Assembly (NCBI GenBank): GCA_903928075.1
Contig: CAIYPD010000052.1
Location: 11,876-75,875, forward strand
Length of the DNA: 64,000 nucleotides
From: Candidatus Firestoneibacteriota bacterium
GTDB lineage: Bacteria; Oederibacteriota; D2-FULL-39-29
Reading direction: 5' to 3'
Shown here: positions 17,726-27,828 of the stretch, in pieces
Position numbering within the stretch: position 1 is the stretch's first letter
Layout: the number at the start of each line of letters is the position of its first letter
Notes under the pieces: generated by a model
Databases searched by the model: none
Told to the model about the DNA's origin: nothing
The model's input: the letters and a program-made list of their open reading frames with translations, nothing else
Translations under genes and position numbers: made by a program

Positions 17726-19606
17726 CTATTTTATTTTATTAAGTATCACGCGGACTATCCCGCTTTTTACCACTACTTCTTTTTCCTGTTGTTTCCCGTC
17801 AGGAGTTTGCCACCGGAGCGTTACGGGGCCAGCCTCAGGCATTCCTACAAGGGCCCCTGCCTCTCCGGATTTAATCGTCCAGCAACCCAAACATCTTTTA
17901 TCTTTCCAGGCGGTAAAAGTAAGCGGCCCTGAATAAAGTCCGGTAAGAGAAAGAACGGCATTTACAGCCAGAGCGCCTTCCTCTGCCTTGCGAGGAAAAA
18001 GCCAGAACTCCCCGTTATTTAAAACAAGCGCCATATCCAAAGCTCCGTCCCCGTTATAGTCCAAAAGACAGCTTACCTGCTGGCCGTCATTTGACTCGGG
18101 TAAGGCCTGGTCAATATTCAGTTCCCGGGCATGACCAAAACTGCGGAAGCCGCGGTTAAAAAATATCTGGGTAGTCATTGTCGCATAAGAAATAAGGACA
18201 TCCTGCCGGCCGTCGTTGTTTATATCTCCGATTGACACAGCTGTTCCGCCGGGGCGCCACATATAAGAAATCTCGCCGGAAAGTTTTATTAGTTCAGAGA
18301 ATTTTGCGCTTCCCAGGTTCTGCCATATACGGCACTTGTCTTCACTTGCAATAAAAACATCCGGTAACCCATCAGCATCAAAATCTCCCGAACAGGCCGA
18401 AAATCGTCCTTTGCCGGCTTCTATATTAACAGCAACCGGCGAGGCGAATACTCCCGCTGCTTTTCCTTTATAAAACAGGCTGTTTTCCGAAAACACTTGC
18501 AAAATGTCTATTACTCCGTCACCGTCAAAATCTGCGGTCAAACACTGCCCGCCGCCGCCAAAATTCCTCCCTGGAAATTCACCTTCCACCAGAGCTTCGG
18601 CTTTCAGACTGCCGTCAGGCTGCGGAATTAGAAATACAGGAGAAGACCCTGTACTTGCTAAAAGCACGGCACGCCCTTTTTCGCCAAAATCAAGGCAGGT
18701 CAAAGCCACGCATCCGTCCTTTAAAGCGGCTCCAACCGCGCAATTCTTTTTTTCAAAATTCCCGTCTTTTTTTTGATAAAATATATTTATTTCTTTACCA
18801 TTCCAGCTTGCCAGGTCAAGCCGGCCGTCTCCGTTATAATCTCCCCAGGCATAGGCAGTCGAAGCTGAACTCAAACCCAGTTTAGCGGTCACATCCGTGA
18901 AAGTTTTTCCGGTGTTGCGATAAAGCAGGTCTCCGTTTTTCGAGGCCAAAAATAAATCCGCCCGGCCATTTTCCATAACATCCACCGGGAGAATAGAATT
19001 AATTTTATTCTTAATTAGTCCGACTTTTAGTTTATCGTTCCACTCGACGCCCACATTTATGGGTACGGTGGCATCCTGGTCGGACTGAATATAATTTACC
19101 GCACGAATCAACATCTCCGTACTGCCGGACCAGGTCCCGAGCAGGTAGTTTTCAACTTTGACCATATCCCAGATATTATTTTTACCTTTCATGAAATTTA
19201 CCCAGCGCCACGGTGAGTACTGATTACCATAATGAAGAAAACCCGTAGTCTGGTCTCCGGAGCCTTCGACGCCGACATTCTCAACTTTAAAGGTTCCGAT
19301 GAAAACGACTGCCTCGCGCTGCCCCTCTTTTATTCTATTTATGAAATCTTTGCCATCCTCAGGCAGAGCACCGGCCATGAGATCCAGCGTAAGTTCTTTC
19401 TCTTCCGTCTTTCCTTTTAGAACTTTCGTAATTCCGGCAACAGCCTTTCCGTCTTTATCCACGCTTTTAAAATCCAACAGGAGAACCAATTCCGACTGTC
19501 TTACCATATCTACGGGAGTGAAATTAGGATTAATGAAGGCATGAACCGCTCCGCCAAGCATAAAAAAAACAAGCAGAGATACAAACAGTTTTCTAGAATA
19601 TAGCAC
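17726..19606 (-). CDS. Secreted FG-GAP/VCBS repeat protein (Ca-binding beta-propeller, CRTAC1-like)
   Basis: Signal peptide ending AVHA; repeats GDYNGDGRLDL, ADFDGDGVIDI, GDFDADGLPDV, GDINNDGRQDV and DYNGDGALDM. Confidence 0.85.
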   Translation of the reverse strand: MLYSRKLFVSLLVFFMLGGAVHAFINPNFTPVDMVRQSELVLLLDFKSVDKDGKAVAGITKVLKGKTEEKELTLDLMAGALPEDGKDFINRIKEGQREAVVFIGTFKVENVGVEGSGDQTTGFLHYGNQYSPWRWVNFMKGKNNIWDMVKVENYLLGTWSGSTEMLIRAVNYIQSDQDATVPINVGVEWNDKLKVGLIKNKINSILPVDVMENGRADLFLASKNGDLLYRNTGKTFTDVTAKLGLSSASTAYAWGDYNGDGRLDLASWNGKEINIFYQKKDGNFEKKNCAVGAALKDGCVALTCLDFGEKGRAVLLASTGSSPVFLIPQPDGSLKAEALVEGEFPGRNFGGGGQCLTADFDGDGVIDILQVFSENSLFYKGKAAGVFASPVAVNIEAGKGRFSACSGDFDADGLPDVFIASEDKCRIWQNLGSAKFSELIKLSGEISYMWRPGGTAVSIGDINNDGRQDVLISYATMTTQIFFNRGFRSFGHARELNIDQALPESNDGQQVSCLLDYNGDGALDMALVLNNGEFWLFPRKAEEGALAVNAVLSLTGLYSGPLTFTAWKDKRCLGCWTIKSGEAGALVGMPEAGPVTLRWQTPDGKQQEKEVVVKSGIVRVILNKIK

Positions 19607-19726
19607 AAAACTTCTCCCGATACGACCTTTAATATTTTTATTGAACCCGCTGACCCGGGACTCATATAAGCAAAAACAATAATTAATTTCTTTAACTCAG
19701 GAGCCCGTAAAACTTACAAGGCAATT

Positions 19727-19755
19727 ATTATCTCACAGATTTTATTCTAAAACAA
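19727..19755 (-). promoter_or_regulatory. Putative sigma70 promoter upstream of the FG-GAP gene
   Basis: Minus strand TTGTTT-N17-GATAAT with TGn; same -35 hexamer as the scpB promoter candidate. Confidence 0.45.
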
Positions 19756-19774
19756 GATGCAAATGGCACGCTTT

Positions 19775-22492
19775 CTACTTCTTTTTGCCTATTTTCTGTT
19801 CTGCTTCACCTGCCAGAACAAAGAGTTTTTCCGCTTGATTCTGCCAGCCGGACCCGAGAAAATAGTTATGACCCGCAACACCCGGGCCCCACCGCCACAT
19901 ATTGAAACCGCCAAACGCGGTGCTGATTTCCATATTACTTAAGGTTTTCCACATATCGTAAAGCCTTTCATCCAGTAGAGCCTGACTGCGCTTGCAAAGG
20001 TCGGACCCCATCCTGGCTTTTGAACCGCTGTCCAAAAGCGCTTTCTCAAGATAAATTCTGGCCTCGCAGGCCTCCACTCCTTCAATCATCGCGATTAACC
20101 TGTTCGTAGCCTCCGGCCCTTCTGCTCCCGGGGCCAGTATGGGATTACAAAGATTTAAGGCAATGGAAGTACCACCCCAACATCCCTCCCTATAACGGTC
20201 ATGCACATAATTGACCCGGCGACCGTTCTTATCCTTGACGGCCTTCCAGTAGTCGGCGCCGATACGCCCTATACCCCTGAGTTCGCTCGTTATTCCCGTC
20301 TCCGGGAAAAAGTACCAGCGGGTCGCAGGGAAAGTGTCCAGGTTTACATTGCGTTCGAAGACCGCGTCCAACCTGGGATTATTCCAGCCCTTTAAGCTCT
20401 CCGTTACGGGTTCACCAACCTGGTTGGTCTGTTTACAGCCGTCGCCAAAACGAAAGCCGCCCCACACAGTGGCATTATACCCGACATCAGATATACTTTG
20501 AAGTTTGGTAAATAGCCCGTGTCCCTGTTGCACCCAGGGCACCTTTGGTACAATATCAAAGAAAAATTTCACATCCTCGACCGGAGGAATAGCGTCACAG
20601 AACATACCAAGCATAAGAGCTTTTTCCAGCCCGCGTTTTTTTAAACGGGCCTGGACTTGAAAGATAAGTTCTTTCCAGATAGCCTTACTGGCAGAATCGC
20701 TCAGAGCGGGAAGTTTTCCAAACTCTGTTTTTCCCGTGGCAGGGTCAACAAATGTTACCTGGGGATAACCCAGCGCGGCAAAATCCTCGAATCTCTTCTG
20801 CATAGTAGAACGGAAATAGACCTCCCAGACCTGAAGAACCACAATCTTGGGAGTGCCCAGGTTTTTTTGCGCCAGGTCGAGATACTTTTCCATAATGGAA
20901 AAATCCCAGTCATATTTGTTTTTGCCTTTATTTATCCAACGGATCATCGACTCTTCATTACCAAGGTTGGTATGTGCAATAGCAGGAATATAGACGGTCC
21001 TGGTCCCGGCAGCGCTCATAAGCCTGAATGATTCTGCGATCATCTCCAGATGTTTGTCCGACCAAAGCGGCACTTTATATTCTTCCACCAGTGTATCCGG
21101 CGACTGAATAAGATCTACCCAGGTGCGGTAGTCCTGCGCATCGGGCAGGGAAAAGGAAAGCACCTTCAGTTCCACCGGGACAATTATGTCTTTTTCCCCG
21201 GCAGTACTTATAGTAAGGTCTCCGAAATAGATTCCGGGTGAGGCCTCTTTGGGTATTTTCACGGTAAGCCAGACCGGGGCCACGGCGCCGGCAGGGGATT
21301 TGCCCGCCGCTTTTCCGGGAGAGTATTCAGGAAGAGGTTTATTGCTTAAACTGCCCATAAAAGTCGTTGCAGCAAGATACGGATTAGGCTGGGCATGATA
21401 AGTTTGATTTGTTATTATTTCCTGACCCCAGGGGACACCGTAGCGGATTCTGAGAGCATCCGCGGAAATTATCGAAGCGACCCCTTTAAGTTCTCCGGCA
21501 GAAGCAGAAAGTCCTTTAATTGAAGAGGTAGAACCTACGAGTACTTTTCCGGAAAATATTCCATTACGCGGTCCCGTAATTTTAATAGGCTTAAGCGGTT
21601 CAGCCGGATTTCCGAAATCCCGGTCATAATCTCCTGCCAGAATATCGGCGTTCCATACCTGAAGCCCTTTAGGTCTTCCCGGAGTTGCAACCACGCCTTT
21701 TTCAGAAGCAGCGGTCAACTCAAGTTTTATCATACGGCAAGTCGCCCAAAGAAATTCATAAGCTCCGCCGTTTGGTTTTGAGGTATCCACCTTACTAAAG
21801 GCTTTTCCGTACGGCGCCCGGACAACTTCTATACACAGAACATTAGCTCCCTTCTTCAAAGTTCCGGAAGGAATTTTAATAGCCGCTTCCCTCAACCAGA
21901 GCCCGGTACGCCTTATGGATTCCGAGTTATTGGCAGCTTTATTTCCGCTTAATTTTGCGCCGGGCGGCCCCAGCCAGATACCGTTATCTGCGACAAAGGC
22001 CTCTTCGGGATAGTTCTCAGCAAAGATTTGAGCTTTGGGATCGTTCCTTTTATCTTTGGCTATATTATTTCTGCCAATCTCTTCTCCGTTCAAATAAATA
22101 ATTATTCCACCGCGGTATTGCGCGGTGAGCGTTAAATCTCCTGATGCCTCAGGATCGGTAACGGTAAAAACTCCTCTAAGGTAAAGCCGGTCCAGCATTG
22201 AGACATTGGGCGCAAGGGTTACGGGCCCTCTAAGCCAACCGGAATCGTCCATCCCGGATTTATTCCAATCTGCCGGAACTTTAGCCGATGGTGAATCCGC
22301 CCACTTTATTTTAAGCACAACCGGTTTATTTTCAGCCGCGGATTGTATCACCGGCGGTTTTATTACACTAAACATACGCCAATTACTGTGCGTATCCAAA
22401 AGAGTAACCTCGGAGGCCGGCAGAACTGACATGAGTCCAAACAATAAAAGTGACACCGCAAAGAAAATACCTTTTCGAAAAACAGTATTCAT
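19775..22492 (-). CDS. Secreted ~900-aa GH123/DUF4091-like protein, paralog 1
   Basis: Signal peptide, galactose-binding-like N-domain (YRGGIIIYLNGEE), LIQSPDTL..EY, DFSIMEKYLD and C-terminal EGVEACEARI. Start moved to ATG 22492. Confidence 0.65.
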   Translation of the reverse strand: MNTVFRKGIFFAVSLLLFGLMSVLPASEVTLLDTHSNWRMFSVIKPPVIQSAAENKPVVLKIKWADSPSAKVPADWNKSGMDDSGWLRGPVTLAPNVSMLDRLYLRGVFTVTDPEASGDLTLTAQYRGGIIIYLNGEEIGRNNIAKDKRNDPKAQIFAENYPEEAFVADNGIWLGPPGAKLSGNKAANNSESIRRTGLWLREAAIKIPSGTLKKGANVLCIEVVRAPYGKAFSKVDTSKPNGGAYEFLWATCRMIKLELTAASEKGVVATPGRPKGLQVWNADILAGDYDRDFGNPAEPLKPIKITGPRNGIFSGKVLVGSTSSIKGLSASAGELKGVASIISADALRIRYGVPWGQEIITNQTYHAQPNPYLAATTFMGSLSNKPLPEYSPGKAAGKSPAGAVAPVWLTVKIPKEASPGIYFGDLTISTAGEKDIIVPVELKVLSFSLPDAQDYRTWVDLIQSPDTLVEEYKVPLWSDKHLEMIAESFRLMSAAGTRTVYIPAIAHTNLGNEESMIRWINKGKNKYDWDFSIMEKYLDLAQKNLGTPKIVVLQVWEVYFRSTMQKRFEDFAALGYPQVTFVDPATGKTEFGKLPALSDSASKAIWKELIFQVQARLKKRGLEKALMLGMFCDAIPPVEDVKFFFDIVPKVPWVQQGHGLFTKLQSISDVGYNATVWGGFRFGDGCKQTNQVGEPVTESLKGWNNPRLDAVFERNVNLDTFPATRWYFFPETGITSELRGIGRIGADYWKAVKDKNGRRVNYVHDRYREGCWGGTSIALNLCNPILAPGAEGPEATNRLIAMIEGVEACEARIYLEKALLDSGSKARMGSDLCKRSQALLDERLYDMWKTLSNMEISTAFGGFNMWRWGPGVAGHNYFLGSGWQNQAEKLFVLAGEAEQKIGKKK

Positions 22493-22510
22493 AAAATACC
22501 CCCGTAATAT

Positions 22511-22545
22511 AAAGTACAAAGTACGAAGTAAAAAGTACAAAGTAA
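22511..22545. repeat. 7-bp tandem array (AAAGTAC x5, degenerate)
   Basis: aaagtac aaagtac gaagtaa aaagtac aaagtaa. Confidence 0.8.
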
Positions 22546-22643
22546 AAGAAAATAACCAAAGCATTATTTATGATATATAATCGAAAAGCATTTTGTAATA
22601 TTAATTATCATCCATTATGCATTATCCATTGTTATATCTTTTG

Positions 22644-22683
22644 CTAAGCCTCTAAGCATCCAAACCTCTGCCCTTCCAACCCT
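22644..22683. repeat. 8-bp degenerate tandem array (CYAAGCMT-like x5)
   Basis: ctaagcct ctaagcat ccaaacct ctgccctt ccaaccct; same family at 60560-60591. Confidence 0.7.
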
Positions 22684-25416
22684 CTATTTCTTCTCCAGTT
22701 TCTGCTGTATTTCTCCGGCAAGCAGGAAAAGATCTTCTGCTTGTTTTTGCCAGCCTGAGCCGAGGAAATACCTGTGGCCAGAAACTCCGGGAGACCAGCG
22801 CCAGCCGGCAGCGTTAGCATATCCGGGACCGTTAAGCTGCAGATTACTAAGAGTGCGCCACATATTAAGTAGGCGTTCATCCAGGGCGCTTTCACAACGC
22901 CCGGTCAGTTCAGCCCCAAGTTTAGCTTTGCTTTCCAGAAGAGCCTTTTCTATATATATTCTTGCTTCACACGCCTCGACCCCTTCCATAAGCGCTATAA
23001 GGCGGTTCGTGGCTTCGGGCCCGTCTTTTCCGGGCGCAAGCACAGGATTACAGAGGTTAAGAGCAATCGAGGTTCCGCCCCAACAACCTTCTTTGTACCG
23101 GTCATGAACATAGCTGGAGCGGCGGTCGTTTTTATCTTTAACGGCCTTCCAGTAATCACCGCCAATTCGGCCTATGCCTCTAAGCTCACTGGTGACACCC
23201 GTTTCCGGAAAAAAGTACCACCGGCTGGCGGGATAGGTATCAAGTCCCACATTGCGCTCAAAAACAGCGTCCAGCCTTTTATTGTTCCAGCCGCGCAAAC
23301 TCTCGACGATAGGAGTCCCCTTTTGATTGGTCTGTTTACAGCCATCCGCAAAGCGAAAGCCGCCCCACACGGTTGCATTGTAACCCACCTCGGCTATGTC
23401 TTGAAGTTTTGTAAAAAGTCCGTGCCCCTGCTGCACCCATGATAATTTAGGCGCTGCATCCAGAAAGAACTGCACATCCTCTTTGGGGGGTATTGCGTCA
23501 CAAAACATTCCGAGCATCAGGGCCTTATCCAACCCGCGTTTCTTAAGCCTTGCCTGCACCTGTTCAATAAGTTCCCGCCAGACAGCCTTGCTTCCGGGAT
23601 CACTTAGCGGGGGTAGTTTGCCGAACTCCGTTCGTTTTGAGACAGGATCGACAAAGGTGACCTGCGGATAACCCAGGCTGACAAAATCCTCAAATCTCTT
23701 TTGCATCGTGGCGCGCATATAAACTTCCCAGACCTGAAGAACCACAATCTTGGGGTCACCCATATTTTTCTGCGCCAGGTCCAGGTATTTATCCATTATG
23801 GAAAAATCCCAATCGTACTTGTTTTTGCCTTTTTTTATCCAGCGGATCATCGACTCTTCGTTACCAAGATTGGTGTGGGCCAGCGCCGGAATATAAACTA
23901 TTCTCGCACCCGTTCCTCCCAGCAGACTGAAAGATTCCGCAATCATTGCCATATGTTTTTCCGACCAGAGCGGCAGCTTATATTCGAGCGCCAAAGTATC
24001 GGGAGACTGGATAAGGTCGACCCAGGTACTATAGTCTTGCCGGTCCGGCAGCGTATAGGGCAGCACTTTTAATTCCACCGCCGCAGCAATATCTTTCGCA
24101 CCCGATGTTTTAATAGTAACGACACCCGTGTATAGCCCGGCCGGCGCATCCTTGGGAATATTTACCGTAATCCAGACGGGCGCAACCGCTCCGGCCAAAG
24201 AAGATCCGTTTGCCTTGCCCAATGTATATTCTTTCGGCGGATTATTGCTTAAAGAAGCCATAAGTAAACTTCCAACGGAATAAATCGGTCTCTGTTTATA
24301 GTAGGTTGCATCATTTGTACTTTCCATTCCCCACAGCACACCAAAGCGTATCTTTATTGCGGAAGCCGGAATCTCTGCCGGACCTTTAAGTCCACCTGCC
24401 TTTACCGAAAGCCCCGAAATAACCTTCGTAGATCCAACAAGTACTTTGCCCGAGAAAATACCGTTACGGGGTCCGATGATCTGTACAGGCATAAGCGGCT
24501 CTGCCTGGCTTCCGACATCAAGGTCATAATCTCCGGCAAGAATATCTCCATTCCACGCCTGGATTCCCTGCGGTCTGCCGGTATTGGGCACCAGCCCCGA
24601 AGATCCCGCGGCCGTCAACTCCGCTCTCACAATCTGGCAGGTAGCCCACAGGAACTCATGAGGAAAACTATTTACGCGCTTTGGCATCTTTACTTTATTA
24701 AAAGCTTTATCGTAAGCCGTGCGTATAACTTCGATACCCAGTACATTTACGCCTTTTTTTAGAGCTTTTGCCGGAATTTTTATAATCGCACTTCTTTCCC
24801 AGCGTTCCATGCGCTTTTTGGAATCTTCCGTCGGTGGCACTCCATTGGGTTTTCCGTCCAGATATGATCCTTCGGGACCCAAATACATCCCCTTATCTGT
24901 AACAAAAGCTTCTTCAGGGTATTTTTCGGCAAGAATAACCGCCTTGGGATCACTTTTAATATCTTTTGCTATATGTGAACGGCCCGCTTCTTCCCCGTTT
25001 AAATACACAATTATTCCGCCGTGATAATTAACGGATAAATTCAGCGTACCCACGCTTGAAGGATTGGTCACTGTAAATTTACCCCGCAGATATAGCCGCT
25101 CCAGCATAGCCGTCTCGGGTGAAACCGTAAGCGGCCCGCGCAACCAGCCGGAGTCGTCAAGTTCCGGTTTATTCCAGTCCAGAGGTGCCGGGAGAGTATC
25201 GGAATCCAGCCATCTTATTTTTGCTTTGACAATCTCAAGCGCCCCGGCCTCCTGAATTACGGGCGGTTTTATTACACTGTACATCCGCCAGTTACTATAT
25301 GTATCAAGAACAACAGTACCCGCAGCAAAGGAAACTACAGGCAGTAAAATTAGGACAGAGAAAGCGGTTATAAGCATGTTTAAGGTCTTTGAACTTTTGT
25401 TTTTAAATCCCGTCAT
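22684..25416 (-). CDS. Secreted ~900-aa GH123/DUF4091-like protein, paralog 2
   Basis: Very similar to paralog 1; ATG 25416 has a GGAGG RBS (the ORF track start at 25512 is too long). Confidence 0.65.
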   Translation of the reverse strand: MTGFKNKSSKTLNMLITAFSVLILLPVVSFAAGTVVLDTYSNWRMYSVIKPPVIQEAGALEIVKAKIRWLDSDTLPAPLDWNKPELDDSGWLRGPLTVSPETAMLERLYLRGKFTVTNPSSVGTLNLSVNYHGGIIVYLNGEEAGRSHIAKDIKSDPKAVILAEKYPEEAFVTDKGMYLGPEGSYLDGKPNGVPPTEDSKKRMERWERSAIIKIPAKALKKGVNVLGIEVIRTAYDKAFNKVKMPKRVNSFPHEFLWATCQIVRAELTAAGSSGLVPNTGRPQGIQAWNGDILAGDYDLDVGSQAEPLMPVQIIGPRNGIFSGKVLVGSTKVISGLSVKAGGLKGPAEIPASAIKIRFGVLWGMESTNDATYYKQRPIYSVGSLLMASLSNNPPKEYTLGKANGSSLAGAVAPVWITVNIPKDAPAGLYTGVVTIKTSGAKDIAAAVELKVLPYTLPDRQDYSTWVDLIQSPDTLALEYKLPLWSEKHMAMIAESFSLLGGTGARIVYIPALAHTNLGNEESMIRWIKKGKNKYDWDFSIMDKYLDLAQKNMGDPKIVVLQVWEVYMRATMQKRFEDFVSLGYPQVTFVDPVSKRTEFGKLPPLSDPGSKAVWRELIEQVQARLKKRGLDKALMLGMFCDAIPPKEDVQFFLDAAPKLSWVQQGHGLFTKLQDIAEVGYNATVWGGFRFADGCKQTNQKGTPIVESLRGWNNKRLDAVFERNVGLDTYPASRWYFFPETGVTSELRGIGRIGGDYWKAVKDKNDRRSSYVHDRYKEGCWGGTSIALNLCNPVLAPGKDGPEATNRLIALMEGVEACEARIYIEKALLESKAKLGAELTGRCESALDERLLNMWRTLSNLQLNGPGYANAAGWRWSPGVSGHRYFLGSGWQKQAEDLFLLAGEIQQKLEKK

Positions 25417-25497
25417 AAAGGTATTCCTCCTAAAAAAGTTAAAAAACCCTATGCCTTGCAAAGACAAGAAGGCATTGAGCTGTTGATTACCTGTGCA

Positions 25498-25556
25498 GGA
25501 ATATGATTCCAACTTTTACCTTATTATTTTAACACTTACATTATGGAATATGAACG
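25498..25556 (-). promoter_or_regulatory. Candidate promoter with a paired operator-like GGAATATGA repeat
   Basis: Minus strand TTCATA-N17-TAAAAT. GGAATATGA occurs at 25498 (inside the palindrome GGAATATGATTCC) and at 25545. Confidence 0.4.
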
Positions 25557-25587
25557 CATTTTTTTCACTTAAACCTGCTCATATCCC

Positions 25588-26982
25588 CTAATCCTCGGCA
25601 CCTAAAACCGGTATCCACTTGATATCGTTGCCGACCTTCAAATAGCTTTCCGTATTTTTAATAAGTTGTTCCGTAACTTCGTTTGAGATAAACAGGGGCA
25701 CATTGGAGATGGGGACTTTAATCTTATTATCCTTAACCGTATAGACTACGCCGCCAAACAATTCCCTGTTATACAGCGCGACATTTTTTTCTTTCAGACC
25801 GCCCAGTTCATATATAAAAGGTTTTCCGGAAGTCCACGCAATTATAACCTCGCTGTTATTCCTGCCTTTAAACTTATAACAGAAATACGGACTGTCTTTG
25901 TACGGCTCATAAGAACTTTTTACGGGTTCCGGGTTAGGGGTCTGCCCGTCGCTTATCACGCTAAGTAGCTCCGGTTCGGGTAATAGCTCAATCATTAACT
26001 TTATTGCTTTAGCGGCAATCCGCATCTTCCCCTCCCGGCTGTAGATGCCGTAACCTTTGAACCTGCCGGAAACGGAATATTGATCTTCGGGATAAGTTAA
26101 AGTCACCGTTTGAACGCCGTGTCTTGCACATAAAGCTAAAAACCTTACAAAATTATCGGCGGCCTGGTCTTTCGTATAGACAAAAGGGTTGGCCATTCCG
26201 TAAGACAGGGGAAAGCCCATCTCCGTGCACCAGATAGGTTTTTCTCCGCCGTTACTTTTTGTCTCTTCTTTTAGCCATTTGAATACTTCCTGCACTCCGC
26301 CTACATCCGGCGGCATAGGGTAGGTAAAAGGATGTACATCTATACAGTCGTAAAGTGAAGCGCCGCCGTATTTGTGCACCCCTTTGATAAAAGCGTAAGG
26401 CCCCATTACTTTCTGTTTTTTATTAATAGTGTCCCGTGAAAGCGCGCCGGCGTAGGTCCCGATAGGCGACATGGCTACAATTTTAAGTTCTTTATCGTAG
26501 GCCCGTATCTCCTCGCTTGCTGCTTTAAGCATTTGATAATAGGCTTCATCCGGCAGCATCTCACCCGGAGGATTTAGTTCCGTTCCCGGCTCTCCCCAAA
26601 TAACATAATACCTTACCGGCCGGGCCGGCAGGTCTTTATTCTCACTCCAAAAACTGCCGTTTGGCCCGTATCGTCTTAAACTCTTATTAACCAGCGTACG
26701 CCACCCTTTCAGGTCCATATTCTTATTAACAAAACTGTTACAGGTTAAAATCCCTGCTACTTCTATGTCGTTTTTCGCGGCGCACCTAAAACCTTTTTCG
26801 GTATCATCCTCGTTTAAAGGCATGCTTATCAATTTAAAACCTGTTTCTTTTATTAATTTTATATTTTTTTCAAACTCGCCCCCGAAAGTATAAAGACCGT
26901 ATAGCGGAGGAGCTTTTTTTATTTCGCCACCATAGAGAGATGAAACAAAGAAAACAAGTATAAGCAATTTTAGCGTCTTCAC
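25588..26982 (-). CDS. Secreted clan GH-A glycoside hydrolase (GH5/GH39-like)
   Basis: Signal peptide; IWGEP (acid/base), DVHPF and WCTEMG (nucleophile). Confidence 0.72.
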   Translation of the reverse strand: MKTLKLLILVFFVSSLYGGEIKKAPPLYGLYTFGGEFEKNIKLIKETGFKLISMPLNEDDTEKGFRCAAKNDIEVAGILTCNSFVNKNMDLKGWRTLVNKSLRRYGPNGSFWSENKDLPARPVRYYVIWGEPGTELNPPGEMLPDEAYYQMLKAASEEIRAYDKELKIVAMSPIGTYAGALSRDTINKKQKVMGPYAFIKGVHKYGGASLYDCIDVHPFTYPMPPDVGGVQEVFKWLKEETKSNGGEKPIWCTEMGFPLSYGMANPFVYTKDQAADNFVRFLALCARHGVQTVTLTYPEDQYSVSGRFKGYGIYSREGKMRIAAKAIKLMIELLPEPELLSVISDGQTPNPEPVKSSYEPYKDSPYFCYKFKGRNNSEVIIAWTSGKPFIYELGGLKEKNVALYNRELFGGVVYTVKDNKIKVPISNVPLFISNEVTEQLIKNTESYLKVGNDIKWIPVLGAED

Positions 26983-26995
26983 TGTTCCTCCCCGG

Positions 26996-27661
26996 TTACT
27001 TTGCCGCGTCCTTAAGGTCTATCTCAAGATCATCATAATAAAACTTTTCATTCTTCGCGCCAAGATCATCCCCGCCGCCGAAACAAACGCCATTGGCGCC
27101 TTTTTTGAAAAATTCTTTTTTAACATCAACTTCGCCAGCTTCCTTATCATCATCCGCAACGATACTTAAGCTCTTGTCATCCAAAAATGTGAAGGTAAAT
27201 TTTCTCCAGCCGGCTTCAGGCCGCTTTATTGCCGAGTGCCATTTGTCAAACCACTGGTTTTCCGCGGTAAAACACACAGCATAGTCATTGGGCTTTATAT
27301 TTTTACTCCAGACGGGAAAAAGAACAACTTTATCGTCATCGCTGTTTATCAGTCCGAAATACGGACCTTTCCAGGCCTTATTCGGGGTTGAAGCCTTATT
27401 ATTTACACAACTATCATAGACCCAGAGAGTTACAGAACCGTATTTATTTTCGGCGCCGAAACGGAGTGCGGCCGTCGCTTTAGGCGGCAGATAAAGTGAA
27501 TTTTCTCCGCTATGTTTTTGATCCGTAGAGAGCGCCGCATCGCCTTCAACTTCCATTTTCTTCAAAATCGCTTTATCCTCAAAGCCCTGCGTTATTTTTT
27601 CCGCAAAGACCATAGAAGATATACCCGCAACTACCACCAACAGCAATATCTTTTTACACAT
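26996..27661 (-). CDS. Secreted hypothetical protein, possible beta-sandwich carbohydrate-binding fold
   Basis: Signal peptide; GFED..., HSGENSL and terminal YYDDLEI typical of CBM-like jelly rolls. Confidence 0.45.
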   Translation of the reverse strand: MCKKILLLVVVAGISSMVFAEKITQGFEDKAILKKMEVEGDAALSTDQKHSGENSLYLPPKATAALRFGAENKYGSVTLWVYDSCVNNKASTPNKAWKGPYFGLINSDDDKVVLFPVWSKNIKPNDYAVCFTAENQWFDKWHSAIKRPEAGWRKFTFTFLDDKSLSIVADDDKEAGEVDVKKEFFKKGANGVCFGGGDDLGAKNEKFYYDDLEIDLKDAAK

Positions 27662-27677
27662 ATTTTCCTCCCGGAAT

Positions 27678-27720
27678 AATATCCATCAAAGATTTTAGAC
27701 CTTATAAACTATTTTGACAT
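27678..27720. repeat. AATATCC-N6-GATTTTAGACCTTA motif plus TATTTTGACAT
   Basis: Matches the copies at 17485 and 17589. Confidence 0.75.
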
Positions 27721-27734
27721 TTTTTTCAACAATT

Positions 27735-27768
27735 CTCCGCCCTTGGCGAGATCTCTCCGCAGGTGGAC
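27735..27768. repeat. REP-like double-hairpin element, copy C
   Basis: CTCCGCCCTTGGCGAGATCTCTCCGCAGGTGGAC. Confidence 0.8.
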
Positions 27769-27828
27769 GCTTTCGCCGCAAAAAGTTGGCGGACTGCCCC
27801 GCTTAAAACCAGGCTCGCAGGTTATTTT

